Positions 11,200 through 23,530 of a DNA stretch of 64,000 bases are shown in pieces. The stretch comes from Lama glama (lineage: Eukaryota): positions 58,158,001 through 58,222,000 of the forward strand of contig CM052816.1 of NCBI GenBank assembly GCA_028534125.1. The letters run 5' to 3'. Every line of letters begins with the position of its first letter. The stretch's first letter is position 1. The notes below the pieces were generated by a model that saw nothing but the letters and a program-made list of their open reading frames with translations, was not told the DNA's origin and made no database searches. Made by a program: the position numbers and the translations under genes.

Positions 11200-13250
11200 A
11201 TTTCCCTATTGCTGATTCCAGCAGCCTGTATAATAAATTACCTAGACATAGCATGTTTTTTGCAAGCTTCACTGCATTCCTAACTGTTCTGACATAATTA
11301 CTTCAGGTTTGTGTCATCACTGGGACACTGGGATTTCTTCCCATATCCTTAACCAGTGGGATCGTTACTTCTCTTAAAACTGAATCTGTATTTTTATTAA
11401 CACAGCTGATGAAGGCATTAGCTTCCTGGAAGCCATGTCACATTAACGACCTACAATAATAGGCCTGTAGTTAATAAAAGCTTTAAGGTGATTTTCTACA
11501 TTAGCCCTATTAATGTGGTCAGTGGTCACTAGTGCCAGGCATGGGCAGTTGATTTTTTTTAACCTAAGGATTGTACTGTACATTTGTCTCCACTCAGTGT
11601 TACCTTTATAGCTATCTATATTTTTGAATCTCAGTTTTACCTTCCAACATATTTGTTCCTGTCCAAGGTCTATATGATTAGCATATTTGAAAATCCAACC
11701 TTGTATCTTCATCCAAGTTGTTAAAAAAATATTAGGTAGGGTAGAATTGGGTTTTTAATTATCTACTGGAGAGATTTACCCATAAAACAGTAGTACTGGG
11801 CATGGTTGTCTGAGCAGCTATGAATTCTTCGAAGCACAGCACCAGGGAGCCATGGTTTACATCTTTGATACAGGATCACCTTGGAACTTGGCTGAGAACG
11901 TGTTTGTTGGAGCACGACATGGGAGTCCAGAGAGTTACTGTGGTAAGAAGTGAGCAGAGAAAGGTGACTAGGGCATCAGAACATGGACTGGATAAGCAGT
12001 GGCAGTGCTGTTTGAGAAGGTGGAGTCAAACAGGGAACTGAAGTTAGAGAGACACTGAATGTCCAGCGCAAACCAAGGAGACAGGACCAATCTCAGCCTC
12101 AGGATCTGAAGCCAGATAGAATCCTGTCACCATGGCAACGTGTTTGATGGAATACAAAGAACTGGTGTATGAATAGTATAATAGAGGTTTGGGAAGCAAG
12201 AGAAGCTGCCTGGTTGAGCAAGAGGCTGATCTAAATGGTCAGGTTTCTGAACAAGCTTTTTTCTAAAGTGACGGGGTTGGGGGGTCCCCTCTTTCCTTAA
12301 AGTAGCTTATTGGGCAGATGCTCAGGATACAGGATCTGACATTGCTAAACCCCCTTGTCTACAATTTCCCCCCATGTATCTATGGGACAACATTATATTT
12401 TAAAAAGACAAAGCAGAGACTTGGACATAACGTGTCTCTGCAGGACCTGCGCTGTGCCCTGGGGATCACCACTTCTTTTCTAAATTCTGCCAGATTATCT
12501 GATTTGTCATCTCTTCTGGGATTTTGCAGTGGATGAACATCGGGGTTTCTGGGAAGGAAAAAAAAAATTTAGGAAAAACCAGGAGACTTGTTTGCCTCCA
12601 GTCATTTGACACCTCTTTCTCTGGAGGGTTTAGAGATAACCAATAATAACAGGTTTATAACTCCAATGCCAGTTTTTGGTGCTGTGTGATGTAAGTCTTC
12701 TGGTCTTGAAAGCTGCACTCACTTTGTGCCATTACCTCTTCTTTCTCACCCCTTCTCCTATCTTTGGGTGACGTTTTCGCTAAGCCATGTTTATTCTGCA
12801 AATTTTCAGTTTGGAAGATCCTTCTCCCTGATGGAGTAGGGAAGACAAAACAGGAAATGAGCAGAGCTGCATGCCCTGTCATCTGTCAACATTACATCAC
12901 CTGCTCCTGGCCTTTATTTCTTCATTGTTTTTGATCCCTGTGCAGCTTCTTAAAAGCTCTTGTCTTTGCCCTTAGCATTTTCTGCAAGCCTCAGCTTATT
13001 CTGGGATCCCACTTTGCTGGTATAATTCCTTCAGATTTGTGTCACTCCTTTGAGTTTTTCTTTGACTATTTGCCCATTTTGTTTTCAATGGAATATTAAC
13101 ATACCACTAATATTTTATTTAGCAGCCTCTTCCATTCCTCCTGACTAAGGCATCTTCCCTGTAGAGCCTCTGGCTGTAAGATCTTATAGTCAAATCTTTT
13201 TCTGGTTTTAGACTTGAGCCCTCGTAAGTTCAGACCATACACTAGTACTG
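11200..13250 (-). mobile_element. L3/CR1 LINE ORF2 remnant, interrupted at about 11880-12440
   Basis: The minus strand reads like CR1 RT. ORF 11443-11712 (IQGWIFKYANHIDLG) resembles the IKFADDTKLG motif, followed by acaaatgtacagtacaatccttaggttaaaaaaaatcaactg. Near 12850-13020, cagaataagctgaggcttgcagaaaatgctaag...gtaatgttgacagatgac resembles QNELRLA.NAK...MLTDD. Confidence 0.75.
12126..12139. promoter_or_regulatory. RFX X-box-like motif GTCACCATGGCAAC
   Basis: Near-consensus 14-bp X-box (GTYRCCATGGYAAC), inside the segment that interrupts the L3. Confidence 0.35.
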
Positions 13251-13364
13251 CAGTCCTAGAGGTGCATGGCTTACAAAAGAAATCCCAACTCCAAGAAGAT
13301 GTGAGATTTTAAAAACAACAACAACAACAACAAAACAAAATAAAAAAGGAAAATGAGGGCACTT

Positions 13365-13525
13365 GCAAACTCAAATTCCCCTGATCACCTGGGATGTTTG
13401 TGGAAAGTGCAGATTCTTGGCCTCACCTGGGACTTTCTTAATACCTAGGGTGCAAGCCAAGGCTTTCATTTTTAAACAGTTTCATCAGTTGTTTCTCATG
13501 TAAACCAAAGTCTGACAGTCACTCT
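13365..13525. mobile_element. MER5-like hAT-Charlie fragment
   Basis: atcacctgggatgtttgtggaaagtgcagattcttggcctcacc...atttttaaacag...aaagtctgacagtcact. Confidence 0.55.
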
Positions 13526-14016
13526 ATTAGAGGCCAGAGAAAGGAGAACAGAGTAAGCTTTGATGGCTAGGATGGATTGGAAAATTTAAGCCTGCTCATT
13601 TTTCTGTACTGCCACATCACTGAACTGAAACCCTACTAATTTCAAAGGAATCTTTCAACCTAGGTCAGAAGGGAGTTGAACATTGAGAGAAACAACACTC
13701 TAACTGAAGTATTAAGAGAGAAAGTTCTAGGGCTTAGTTGTAGAACTAGAATTTCATGCTAACATTAGAATAGTCATTCATGCATTATTTGTCTTCTTAA
13801 ATCATCCCTATTTATGGGCATACCTCGGAGGTATTGTGGGTTCAGTTCCAGACCAACACAATAAAGTAAATATCGCAACAAAATGAGTCACATGAATTTT
13901 TTGGTTTCCAAGCACATGTAAAAGTTATGTTTACACTATACTGTAGTCTATTAAGTGTGCAATAGTATTATGCCTAAAAAAAGTATGTATCTTAATTAAA
14001 AAATAGTTTATTGCTA

Positions 14017-15977
14017 GAGAAAAAACGGTCTCTTCAACAAGTGGTGCTGGGAAAACTGGATAGCCACATGTAAAACAATGAGATTAGACCATTCCCTCAC
14101 ACCAAATACAAAAATAAACTCAGTGGTTTAAAGACCTAAATGTAAGAGCAGAAACCATAAAGCTCCTGGTAGAGAACACAGGCAGAAAACTCTTTGACAT
14201 AAACTGTAGCAATATTTTCTTGGACCAGTCTCCTAAGGTGAAAGAAATAAAAGCAAAAATAAATAAATGGGATCTAATTAAACTTAAAAACTTTTGCATA
14301 GCAAAGGAAACTATTGACAAAATGAAAAGACTAGCTACAGAATGGGAGAAAATATTTGCAAATATTGCAACTGACAAGTGGTTAATACACAAAATATTGA
14401 TACAACTCAATGTTAAAAAACAAACAACCCAATCAAAATATGAGCAGAAGACCTGAATAGACATTTCTCCAAAGAAAACATATAGATGGCTAACAGGCAC
14501 ATTAAAATATGCTCAGTACTACTCATTGTTAGAGAAATGCAAATCAAAATCACAATGAGGTATCATCTCACACCTGTCAGGATGGTTATCATCAAAAAGA
14601 ACACAAATAACAAATATTGGTGAGGATGTGGTGAAAACGGAACACTCGGACACTGTTGGTGGGAATGTAAATTGGTGTAGCCACTGTGGCAAACAATATT
14701 GAGGCTTCCCAAAAAACCAAAAATAGAACTACCATATGATCTAGTAATTCCACTTCTGGGTATATATCTGTAAAAAAAACAAAAACACTAATTCAAAAAG
14801 ATAATGCACCCAATTTTCACAGCAGCACTATTTACAATAGCCAAGACATGGAACAACCCAAGGGCCCATTAACAGATGATTGGTTTATCTGCAGCAATTT
14901 GGTGGACCTGGAGATTGTCATTCTAAGTGAAGGAAGCCAGAAAGAGAAAGAAAGATATCGTATGATATCACTTATATGCGGAATCTAAAAAAAAAAAAAA
15001 GACAAGAGACAAATTAACTTATTTACAAAACAGAAATGAACTCAGACATAGAAAACAAACTTATGGTTACCAGGGGGCAAAATGGGTGGGAAGAGATAAA
15101 TTGGGAGTTCAAGATTTGCAGATACTATCTACTACATATAAAATAGATAAACAAGTTTCTACTAAATACACAGGGAACTTTATTCAATATCTTGTAGTAA
15201 CTGATAATGAAAAAGAATATGAAAATGAATATACATATGTATATACATGACTGGACTATTATGCTGTACACCAGAAATTGACAGACACAACATTGTAAAC
15301 TGACTATACTTCAGTAAAAAAATTAAAAATTAAAATTAAAAAATATGAAGAGGAATATATGTATGTATATATATGACTGAAATATTATGCTATACACCAG
15401 AGATTGACACAATATTGTAAACTGACTATATTTTAACTAAAAAAAAACTGAAATAAAATTTGAAAAAAATAAAACAAATGATTGGCTTAAGGATATGTGT
15501 TTTATATATATAAAGATATAGATATAGATATAGATATAAAGGAATATTACTCAACCATAAAAAGAATGAAGTTCTGCCATTTGTAGCAACATGGATGGAC
15601 CTAAGGGATATTATGCTTAGTGAAATAAGTCAGACAGAGAAAGACAAATACTGTATGATATCATCTATATGTGGAATCTAAAAAATAATGTAAATGAATG
15701 TATATGCAAAATGGAAACAGATTCATAGACATAGAGAACAAACTTGTGGTTACTAAAGAGGAGAGGGGAGGGAGAAGGGACGAATTAGGGCATGGGATTA
15801 ACAGATACAAACTACTACATATAAAATAAATAAGCAACAATGAAATAGTGTAAAGCACAGGGAATTATACCCATTATCTAGTAATAACCTAAAATGGAGT
15901 ATAATCTGAAAAAATACTGAATCACTATGCTATCACCTGAAACTAACACAATCTTGAAAATCAACTATACTTCAATA
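14017..15977 (+). mobile_element. 5'-truncated L1 (ORF2 end + 3' UTR) inserted in Tigger1
   Basis: ORF 14220-14456 [22 protein letters not shown]...EWEKIFAN; the 3' end is aaatcaactatacttcaat. Confidence 0.93.
14888..15472 (+). mobile_element. Younger L1 3' fragment nested in the previous L1, with a doubled 3' terminus
   Basis: 17-bp TSD aacagatgattggttta (14871-14887) / aacaaatgattggctta (15473-15489). The terminal ~130 bp occurs twice (about 15211-15340 and 15341-15470). Confidence 0.9.
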
Positions 15978-16349
15978 ATTTCATTACTTAAAAATACTAA
16001 TGATCATCTGAGCCTTCAGCGAGGCACAGTAGTGACTCAAAGATCACCACATCAAAGATCACCGATCACAGATCACCATAACAAACATACATAATAATGA
16101 AAAGGGTTTGAAATAGTGTGAGAATTACCAAAATGTGACAAAGAGACATAAAATGAGTAAATGCATTTGGAAAAATGGCACTGACAGATTTGCTCAATGC
16201 AGAGTTGCCACAAATCTTCAATATGTAAAAAATGCAATATTTACAAAGCACAATAAAGAGAAGCACAATAAAACAAGGTTTGTCTGTACCTGGACAAGAA
16301 CTCGATATGCACACACTCTGTGATAAATATCAAGGCATGGGACATGTAA

Positions 16350-16540
16350 ATACGTGAGTTTGGGAGCCTGGTAGACCTGCATTAGAGTACTGTGTTTTCC
16401 ACTTAAGAGCTGAATGACCTTTTTCAAGTTGCTTAACTATATGTACAAAATGGGAATAATAATACTTATCTTGAGTTTTTAGAAAATCAATGAGTAAATA
16501 ATATATTTGTAAAGCACCTATTGCATATTGGTTGTTCAGC
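16350..16540 (+). mobile_element. MIR SINE
   Basis: caagttgcttaact...aaaatgggaataataatacttatct...tgtaaagcacct. Confidence 0.7.
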
Positions 16541-17451
16541 CTACATTCCTTTCCCATCTTCCCTAGGAAAGATGTCAGATACTAACCATTTCCCCATTCC
16601 ACGGAGAGTTCTTAAGGAAAACTTCACATCCAATTTGGTGAAACTGCTTCATATGAAACTGCTACAAGCAGCCAAAAACTCCAGGACAAGAAGGACTGGA
16701 TCTGTCCTAAGTGGTGTTCTAATTTAAGGCTTGATTTCAATTAATTATTTATTACCTGTTCAAAGTGATTGTTGCGATGCCATAATTTCAGAGTGAGTTT
16801 TCCTAATAAGGATCTAAAAATTAGAAACCTCTCTGTTTTGCAGTATATCTTGGAATTCTCTTCATGAGAAAATGCTTTTGGAATAGAAGGCTATGGAATT
16901 TGGGAATTCTCCTTCACACAAATTCCTTTCTTCTGAATAATACTTAATCTTTAATAAATACAATGTGGGGTACTCTGGGAGACTATATCTATGATTATGG
17001 TTCTGTTGGGTTTTTTTAAACTAACAATGCTGACACATTGATAATCCAGGGCTTTATCTATCTACACATTTATTTATGTGTTACACAACATCTAGTTTAA
17101 TTTGATGGGTCACTGCCCCCAAACTTCAACAACTCCTTAGTATCCTTCCTGAGACTTGTTTTCAGATTGCCAGAACTTGTTTCAGATCTCTTAGGGGGAA
17201 CCCCGTCTGCATTTAGGTGACCTAATAAGGAGTTTAGGTTTGTGGCCACAACTTATATTTACATAATGATTCCTTTGATGATAAGCCCTAGACTAGAATC
17301 CAAGAATGTAACTTACTGCCAAACCCTCTGTATGAGAAACAAGGACTGGAATGTAATTTCTTCAGCCTCTGTTGCTGGAGGGATAGTTAATGAGGTGACA
17401 CATAGTTAAGGAAGTATCAAGGTGCTGTCCAAGGGTGGAACTTTTTTTCAG

Positions 17452-17544
17452 ACTCCAAGCAAGAAGAGACATTCTCTTCCAAACTGGAATCTTGAAGCTT
17501 CATTCTTATCACTATCGCAGAAAGGGGGCAGCCAGAGGGCCCTG
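17452..17544 (+). other. Candidate 93-nt spliced exon (coding or lncRNA, unassigned)
   Basis: Acceptor ctttttttcag| and consensus donor CTG|gtaagt. Length is a multiple of 3 and the phase-0 frame is open (TPSKKRHSLPNWNLEASFLSLSQKGGSQRAL). Confidence 0.2.
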
Positions 17545-17614
17545 GTAAGTGAGTCAACTCCATTAACAGTCAGCCATTTTTATGAACAGGTAACATTCAC
17601 AGGTAAGACTCAGT

Positions 17615-17716
17615 AAGGAAGGAAGGAAGGAAGGAAGGGAGGGAGGGAGGGAGGGAGGGAGGAAGCAAAGAGAGAAAGGGACCGAGGGAAGGAGGGAGGA
17701 AGGCAGGCAGGCAGGC
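17615..17716. repeat. Purine-rich (GGAA)n(GGGA)n(GGCA)n microsatellite
   Basis: Directly visible tetranucleotide runs. Confidence 0.9.
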
Positions 17717-18288
17717 TCTGGCAGAATGATCCGGGGACAACAGCAACTGGACACACGGAAGAGGATGCAGATCACCCCAAAGCAGAGACTCCTTTCTCGA
17801 CCTCATTTGTGAAGGGTGAGTGACTGTTCAGTAGTGAGTAGGAACTGGAGATTGATGTGAAAATCTACTGTATGTTCTTTAAAGTTCTTGCAGTTAACTG
17901 TTTATACCAAATTGTATCCAATTTCTATAAATGATTTAAGTCATTCTCAACTATGATTTTCTTCATTCTCATGAACCCTTTTGAGTATGCTCAAATGGAT
18001 ATACATGGCTAGGTGAATCCTATTTGCTGAAGGTGAGGCTTTGATGTTAAGAATAGAAAAATCTGGGTAATCTGAGCCCTCCCACATCCACCTTCAAAAT
18101 TCTGTCTTAATGAGGCTTAATTCCCAAGATTCCTGGGTCTCAGAAAATAAGAAGTAGAAGTGCTGCATAGAATCAACAGGAGCTCCCAGATGTTGATTTT
18201 GGTTAAATCGACTCAAAAAAACTTCATATTTTAACCCTCTTTTACTTAATTCAGGAATTTTAAATAGGAAATAGGATGCAAGAAAAGA

Positions 18289-18750
18289 GTATTAGTTAAG
18301 GACAGACGTGATCAAGATGGCACTAGGCATTTGGAACTAGTTGCTGTAACAAACAACAAAACACAGAATGGTTTAAACACAATAGAAACTTATTTAGCGC
18401 AATTCAAGGTGGATGTTCCTGCTCAGTGGAAGCTGGCTTGTCGCATCACCCAACTATCATTCAAGGACTTAGGCTGGCAGGGGCTCTGCTATCTTTATCA
18501 AATGGTTTCTAAGGCCAACATAATCATCTCCATCACAAAGGAAAAAGCACAGAGTAGTATTTATGGGAGATTTCTACGAGTAATAGAACGATGGAAGGCC
18601 TTCAAACGGGACATATGACTTCTGTTCACATTCAGTTGGCTAGAACTTAGTCATATGGCATCATTATTGACTGCAAGGAAATGTGGTCTCAGCTGTATGC
18701 CCAGGAATGTGAAGAAACAGATTAGTCAATAGTTAGCAGTTTCTCATACA
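18289..18750 (-). mobile_element. Old MaLR LTR (MLT1J/K/L-like)
   Basis: ctagttgctgtaacaaac...aatggtttaaacacaatagaaacttattt and ttctgttcacattcagttggctagaacttagtcatatggc. Confidence 0.7.
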
Positions 18751-18874
18751 GAAGGAATGTATATTTATTCCCCCGACCCCTCTACAAATCTAGAATACGA
18801 ATGCTCCATTTTGAGGACCACTACAGAAAGTCAAGAGATGGTTATGCTTATTATACTAAAAGCAAGGTAAGAGC

Positions 18875-19090
18875 TGCTGTTTCTTGAACACTTAATGTGC
18901 TCTAGGACCTGTGTTAAATGCACACATTATCTTATTTGATTCTCATATCAACCCTGATTTTACAGACAAGGAAACTGAGAGAGGATAAGTCACATGCCCA
19001 CTGTCTCAAAGATAGTCAGTGACAGAGCTGGAATTTGAATCCAGGCTGTCTAACTCTGATGGCCGAGCCCTTTACTGCCTCATTATATAA
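18875..19090 (-). mobile_element. MIR SINE
   Basis: attttacagacaaggaaactgag...gacagagctggaatttgaatccaggctgtctaactc. Confidence 0.8.
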
Positions 19091-20387
19091 CCGTCAACAC
19101 ATTACAGAAGGACCTAAATGTAAATTGCAGTCTGCTCCAAAGTTAAGCCAGAGTTCTTCTATTTTCAACACCAGGAAAAGGAAGGAATGATCTTCAGATT
19201 TTGAAAATCTTCATGTGAATGAACTTGAAATAGAAAATCAGGAAAGCCTTTGGCCAAGTTTAGAAATCCCTCAAACTCCTTCAAGTTTGCCATTGGAACC
19301 ACACTTGAGCCTTCCTGGTTTATTTTTAGTTCTTACCAGGCACCATATCCTGGATCAGTGAAGCAGGTTTAAACATCCTTCTGAGGGTTTTGGAAACAAG
19401 CAAGATTTTTTTTAACAGAGTGTGAAAGAAATGCAGCTAAACTATGAGACAAGAAGATCTAAAATAAATAAGGGTCCAACACTTCAGCAGGAAGAGGACA
19501 CATCTACTACAGTCTGTTGGGCTTTGCTGTGGCTGGACCTCCTGAAGGGTTGATATCACCCAGAAACCTGACTTGTTCCTCATGTCTGCTGTCCCCGGCC
19601 TGAGGCTGGAACCTGAAGGACCTGTAATTTACTTAGCACCCTTTCCCAACACAGTCTGAAACCCTAGCAAGGACAACTCAGACCCCTAAACTCTGCAAAC
19701 ACTTTTTACTCTTTGTGGTTTGACCTTGATTGACTACTTGTATGGAATATAACATCTAGTTGGTCATACAGGCCAAAATCAGAGATGGAAGTGGAGATAC
19801 ATACCATAAATCTCAAGAAAGCTGGGTTAGTGAGTTCTGCTCACCACTACCTGTAGTTAGCAATTTTTGGTACCTGTGAGCACTTGGGTTTATATTCAAT
19901 ACGTCATCACAGACAGTGGTCCTAATGCAAGGCCATCTGTCCTCCTACTGGCACTCTGCTCACCTTTTGAGGCTGTTTAGGAAAAACAATCATCCTTCAC
20001 CTCTCCTGTGAATTTTCCAGGCACCGCCTCTCTAGCTACTTGTGTTAATGCGCACCATGTCATACGTCACACCATGAATCATAACCATGAGAAGAAAAGA
20101 AGTAAAGATGAACAAACTTATCCTGTTACCTACTGCGACAAGATCATCCTTTTCTTCCACATAACTGTTTCCTCAAGAAAAGAAAGAGCGAAGTGAAAAC
20201 ATTACTGGAATATGGCAAACTGTTTATAAAGCTAGCTGCTGTATAAGAGTGACCATTATTTAATTCCAGACAATCATGTCATGATTTTTTAAATATTTCA
20301 TAATAAATTGAATATTAAAGGGAAATAATCTGAAGTGAGTTTCTTGTTTTTATCTCCAGCTCTCCTGCTCAGAAGGGGTCCTGGGTC

Positions 20388-20636
20388 ATGAGGAACTGAA
20401 TCCTGCCAACAACCATGTGAGCTTGGAAGTGGATCCTTCCCCATTCAGGCTTTCAGATGAGACCTCAGCTCTGATTGACACACTGATTACAGACTTATGA
20501 GAGATCTTCAAGCAGAGCCCCCAGTTAAGTCATGCCTGCATTCCTGACTCACAAAAACTGTGAAATAATAAATATGTGTTATTTAAGCCACTAAGTTTGT
20601 GGTAATATTGTTACATAGTGACAGATAACTGATACA
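20388..20636 (+). mobile_element. MaLR LTR 3' half (MLT1E/F-like)
   Basis: gaggaactgaatcctgccaacaaccatgtgagcttggaag...aataaatatgtgttatttaagccactaagtttgtggtaat...ataactgataca. Confidence 0.85.
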
Positions 20637-20681
20637 GTATTTATACCTAGAAATAGCAAACCTCTTTTCCTTTTAAGTCAT

Positions 20682-20829
20682 CAGTGTTGGGAAGCTTAAA
20701 AGAATACTTTTGTCTGAGTGCCACCCTCAGAGATTCTGATTTAATTGGTCTGAGTTGTAGCCTGGATATTAGAATTTCTTGAAACTACCTAGAGGATTCT
20801 AATGTGCTGCAAATTTCGAGAACCACTGC
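20682..20829. mobile_element. MER5A-like hAT-Charlie fragment
   Basis: cagagattctgatttaattggtctg...gattctaatgtgctgc...gagaaccactg. Confidence 0.75.
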
Positions 20830-21259
20830 AAAGTTAGTTATCTCATGTTTCCCTTATATTTCAACCATCACCTTTTTGCTATTCTCAGATTCTCTCCAAA
20901 AAAAACATGTCATACTCACTTCAGACTCTTTGGTTGGCCTGTGTATGCACAATCCTTCCTTTCCTTGTATATGCTCATTCTTTAATACTTTCTTCCAGTC
21001 AAACAGCATTGACAAACCCAGACAGTAATAAAGTGACACTCAGAAAAGGGGTAAGTAGGTCTCTGTGACTCCTGCACTTTGACCCAGTGGTAATGGTAAT
21101 GGCAATGTGAAGATGTAAGATGGCTGTGTCTGCCAGGAGGAAAGGAGGAGTTGGAAATCTGGGATGAGGTATAATTGTTTTGATCCATTAGTGACACATC
21201 TTGATACTGTTTAAGAAGTTGCAAGAAAACATCAAATATTTCAACTTATAAATGTAACA

Positions 21260-21328
21260 AGTAATAGAGTGAGAGCCACCAGAGAACATACAGTAATAGA
21301 GTAAGAGCCGTCAGAGAACATACAGTAA
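21260..21328. repeat. 32-bp tandem duplication (about 2.2 copies)
   Basis: agtaatagagtgagagccaccagagaacatac / agtaatagagtaagagccgtcagagaacatac / agtaa. Confidence 0.9.
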
Positions 21329-22099
21329 GTGCTGGATCTGTGTCATCATCATCCAGCAAATGCTGAGTCTGAAATTTTTTTAAGAACCCCATGGCCTTGC
21401 TCCTTCCCTTGATAAATCACCATATAATGACTATCTCTTCCTTAGTGCCTGTATTTAAGCACACGTGTCTGCACATGTCTGGGTGTAACATATAAAAATA
21501 TCAATTGTTAAGTTATTTTTGCTAGTTAGAATGACTGGTGGATGACTTGTTCTGTTTCTGATTTGTCTTTGCAATACGTTACAGAGGACACTGGGCAGAA
21601 ATCTGCCCAGAGCGATACAATTATTACATTAATGATTTGGAACTTTGAGGCCCCCAAACCACAAGGGCACAATAACCAACTTGGGGGAGAAAATCCTGTC
21701 CTGGCTAGAAGCCAGAGGGACAGCTGACAAGGAGCACAGCTTGCCTGTGTGCAACTGGCTTCCTGCTCTGCTCCCTCACCTCAGACTCTGCTGACCCTCC
21801 ACCCCAAAAGACCAGCCTTACTGCTAAACATTGCTGCTGACTGTGAATGATCATTGTTTCCTCTCCCCGACCGTAGCTGCTAAACTATGCTAGAGGTTAG
21901 ACATTGATTTATTGCTTGTTTGCTGTTAATATTGGCCTATATAAAAAAGAAAGCAATTTTAACAGTAACTTGCTGTGAGAGTTTTTAATTTCTTTTTAAC
22001 CCTTCTCCTGGACAAAAGAACCTTGAGGTTAGGGCAACAGTATACCTCATCCCCACAGAGCTGAACTGCTCTATGCCCCACCCAGAGTGCCATCTCTCA

Positions 22100-22290
22100 G
22101 AAGCAGTAAAGCACAGTAGAGGGGAACATGCACTTTGGCATTAATAAAATAAGGTTTCCCAGCTCCGTCATTTACTAGCTTCATGACCCTTGGGCATGAT
22201 ACTTAACCTCTCTAGGCCTCTGCTTTCTCATCTGCTCAGCACAGTACCTGGCATATGTAGTTGCTCAATGGATGGGAGCTATTATCATTG
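22100..22290 (+). mobile_element. MIR SINE (internally deleted)
   Basis: cccagctccgtcatttactagct...acttaacctctctaggcctctgctttctcatctg...cacagtacctggcatatgtagttgctcaat. Confidence 0.8.
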
Positions 22291-22504
22291 TTATTTACAC
22301 TGTTTCACCCAGAGGTGTGATTGATCCAGACGAATATTCACAAGCTGGGTTACAGTCCACCCAGATTGGAATTTATTATCTTTTATCCCCCATTTGTTCT
22401 CACGAAGAGGGGGTCAAGCCCAGGATAGTGACTTCACTCATTCCTACCTACCCATCCATACATTTCTATTTATGGAAGTCAAAATCCCCCATAAGATCTT
22501 AACA

Positions 22505-23530
22505 GGTAACATTTGCATGTGCCAAGCATAGTGTCAGGTGCTGGAGGAGACAAAAACATGGAAGATTTGGGAGCTTGGAAATGGATCCTTTCCGATTCAA
22601 GCTTTCAAGTGAGACCTCAGCTCTGTTGATATACTGATTACAGTCTCATGGGAGAATCTGAAGCAGAGCCCCAGTTTAGTCATGCCTGGATTCCTGGCCC
22701 ATAGAAACTCTGAGATAATAAATATATGTTGTCTGGAAATGTAAATTGTCATAGCCACTATGGAAAACAGGATAGAGGTTTCGCAAAAAACTAAAAATAG
22801 AACTATCATTTGACCCAGCAATTTCCACTCCTGGATAATTATCTGAAAAAACCAAAAACACTAATTCAAAAAGATACGTGCACCCCAATGTTCACAGCAG
22901 AATTATATATGATTGCCAAGATATGGAAGCAACCTAAGTGTCCATTAACAGGTGAATGGATAAAGATGTGGGATATATATACAATGGAATACTACTCAGC
23001 CATAGAAAAGAATGAAATTTTGCCATTTACAACAACATGGATGGATTGGGAGAGAATTATGCTAAGTGAAATAAGCCAGAGAAAGACAAATTCTATGTGA
23101 TATCACTTATATGTGGAATCTAAAAAATAAACTAGTGAATATAACAATAAAGAAACAGACTCACAGAGAGAACAAACTAGTGGTAACCAGTAGGGAGAGG
23201 GAAGAGGGAAGGGCACGATAGGAGTAGGGGATTAAGAGGTACAAACTACTATGTATAAAATAAACAAGCTATAAGGATATGTAGAGTACAACACAGGGAA
23301 TATAGCCAATATTTTATAATAACTATAAATGGAATATAATAAAGAATTGTGAATCACTATGTTGTACATTTGAAACTTGTACAATATTATATGTCAGCTA
23401 TACCTCAATTTTTTTAAAAAAGTGAAAAATAAACATGTGTTATTTAAGCCACAAAGCCTGTGGTAATATTGTTAACTAGAGGCACCTGCCTTAGTAGCTT
23501 ATAATCTAGTTGGGGAAATACGACATGCCT
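22505..23530 (-). mobile_element. L2 3' fragment split by an MLT1 piece (22571-23475), itself split by an L1
   Basis: Left half atgtgccaagcatagtgtcaggtgctggaggagacaaaaacatg and right half cctgccttagtagcttataatctagttggggaaatacgacatg are contiguous in L2 3' ends. Confidence 0.65.
22733..23427 (+). mobile_element. 5'-truncated L1 3' end
   Basis: ORF 22810-23100 (IQKDTCTPMFTAEL..IAKIWKQPKCP...MEYYSAI). TSD aataaatatatgttgt (22717-22732) / aataaacatgtgttat (23428-23443). Confidence 0.92.

Larger units (their letters stand above)
13815..16286 (-). mobile_element. Internally deleted Tigger1 (TcMar) element split by L1 insertions
   Basis: Both TIRs are present (tgggcatacctcggag... and ...aataaaacaaggtttgtctg) with TA target sites at 13813-13814 and 16287-16288. 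Tigger sequence occupies 13815-14016 and about 15980-16286. Confidence 0.9.

Noticed and set aside
16640..16730. DWICPKWC peptide resembling a RanBP2-type zinc finger start
   Set aside because: No second Cys pair, and not in frame with the nearby acceptor's open frame.
21260..21328. CRISPR-like 32-bp direct repeats
   Set aside because: The units are directly adjacent with no spacers, there are only two copies, the context is mammalian and there are no cas genes.
21591..21610. Palindrome ctgggcaga-aa-tctgcccag (and a similar hairpin at about 28268-28293)
   Set aside because: 9-bp arms are expected a few times by chance in 64 kb and are too short for a pre-miRNA.
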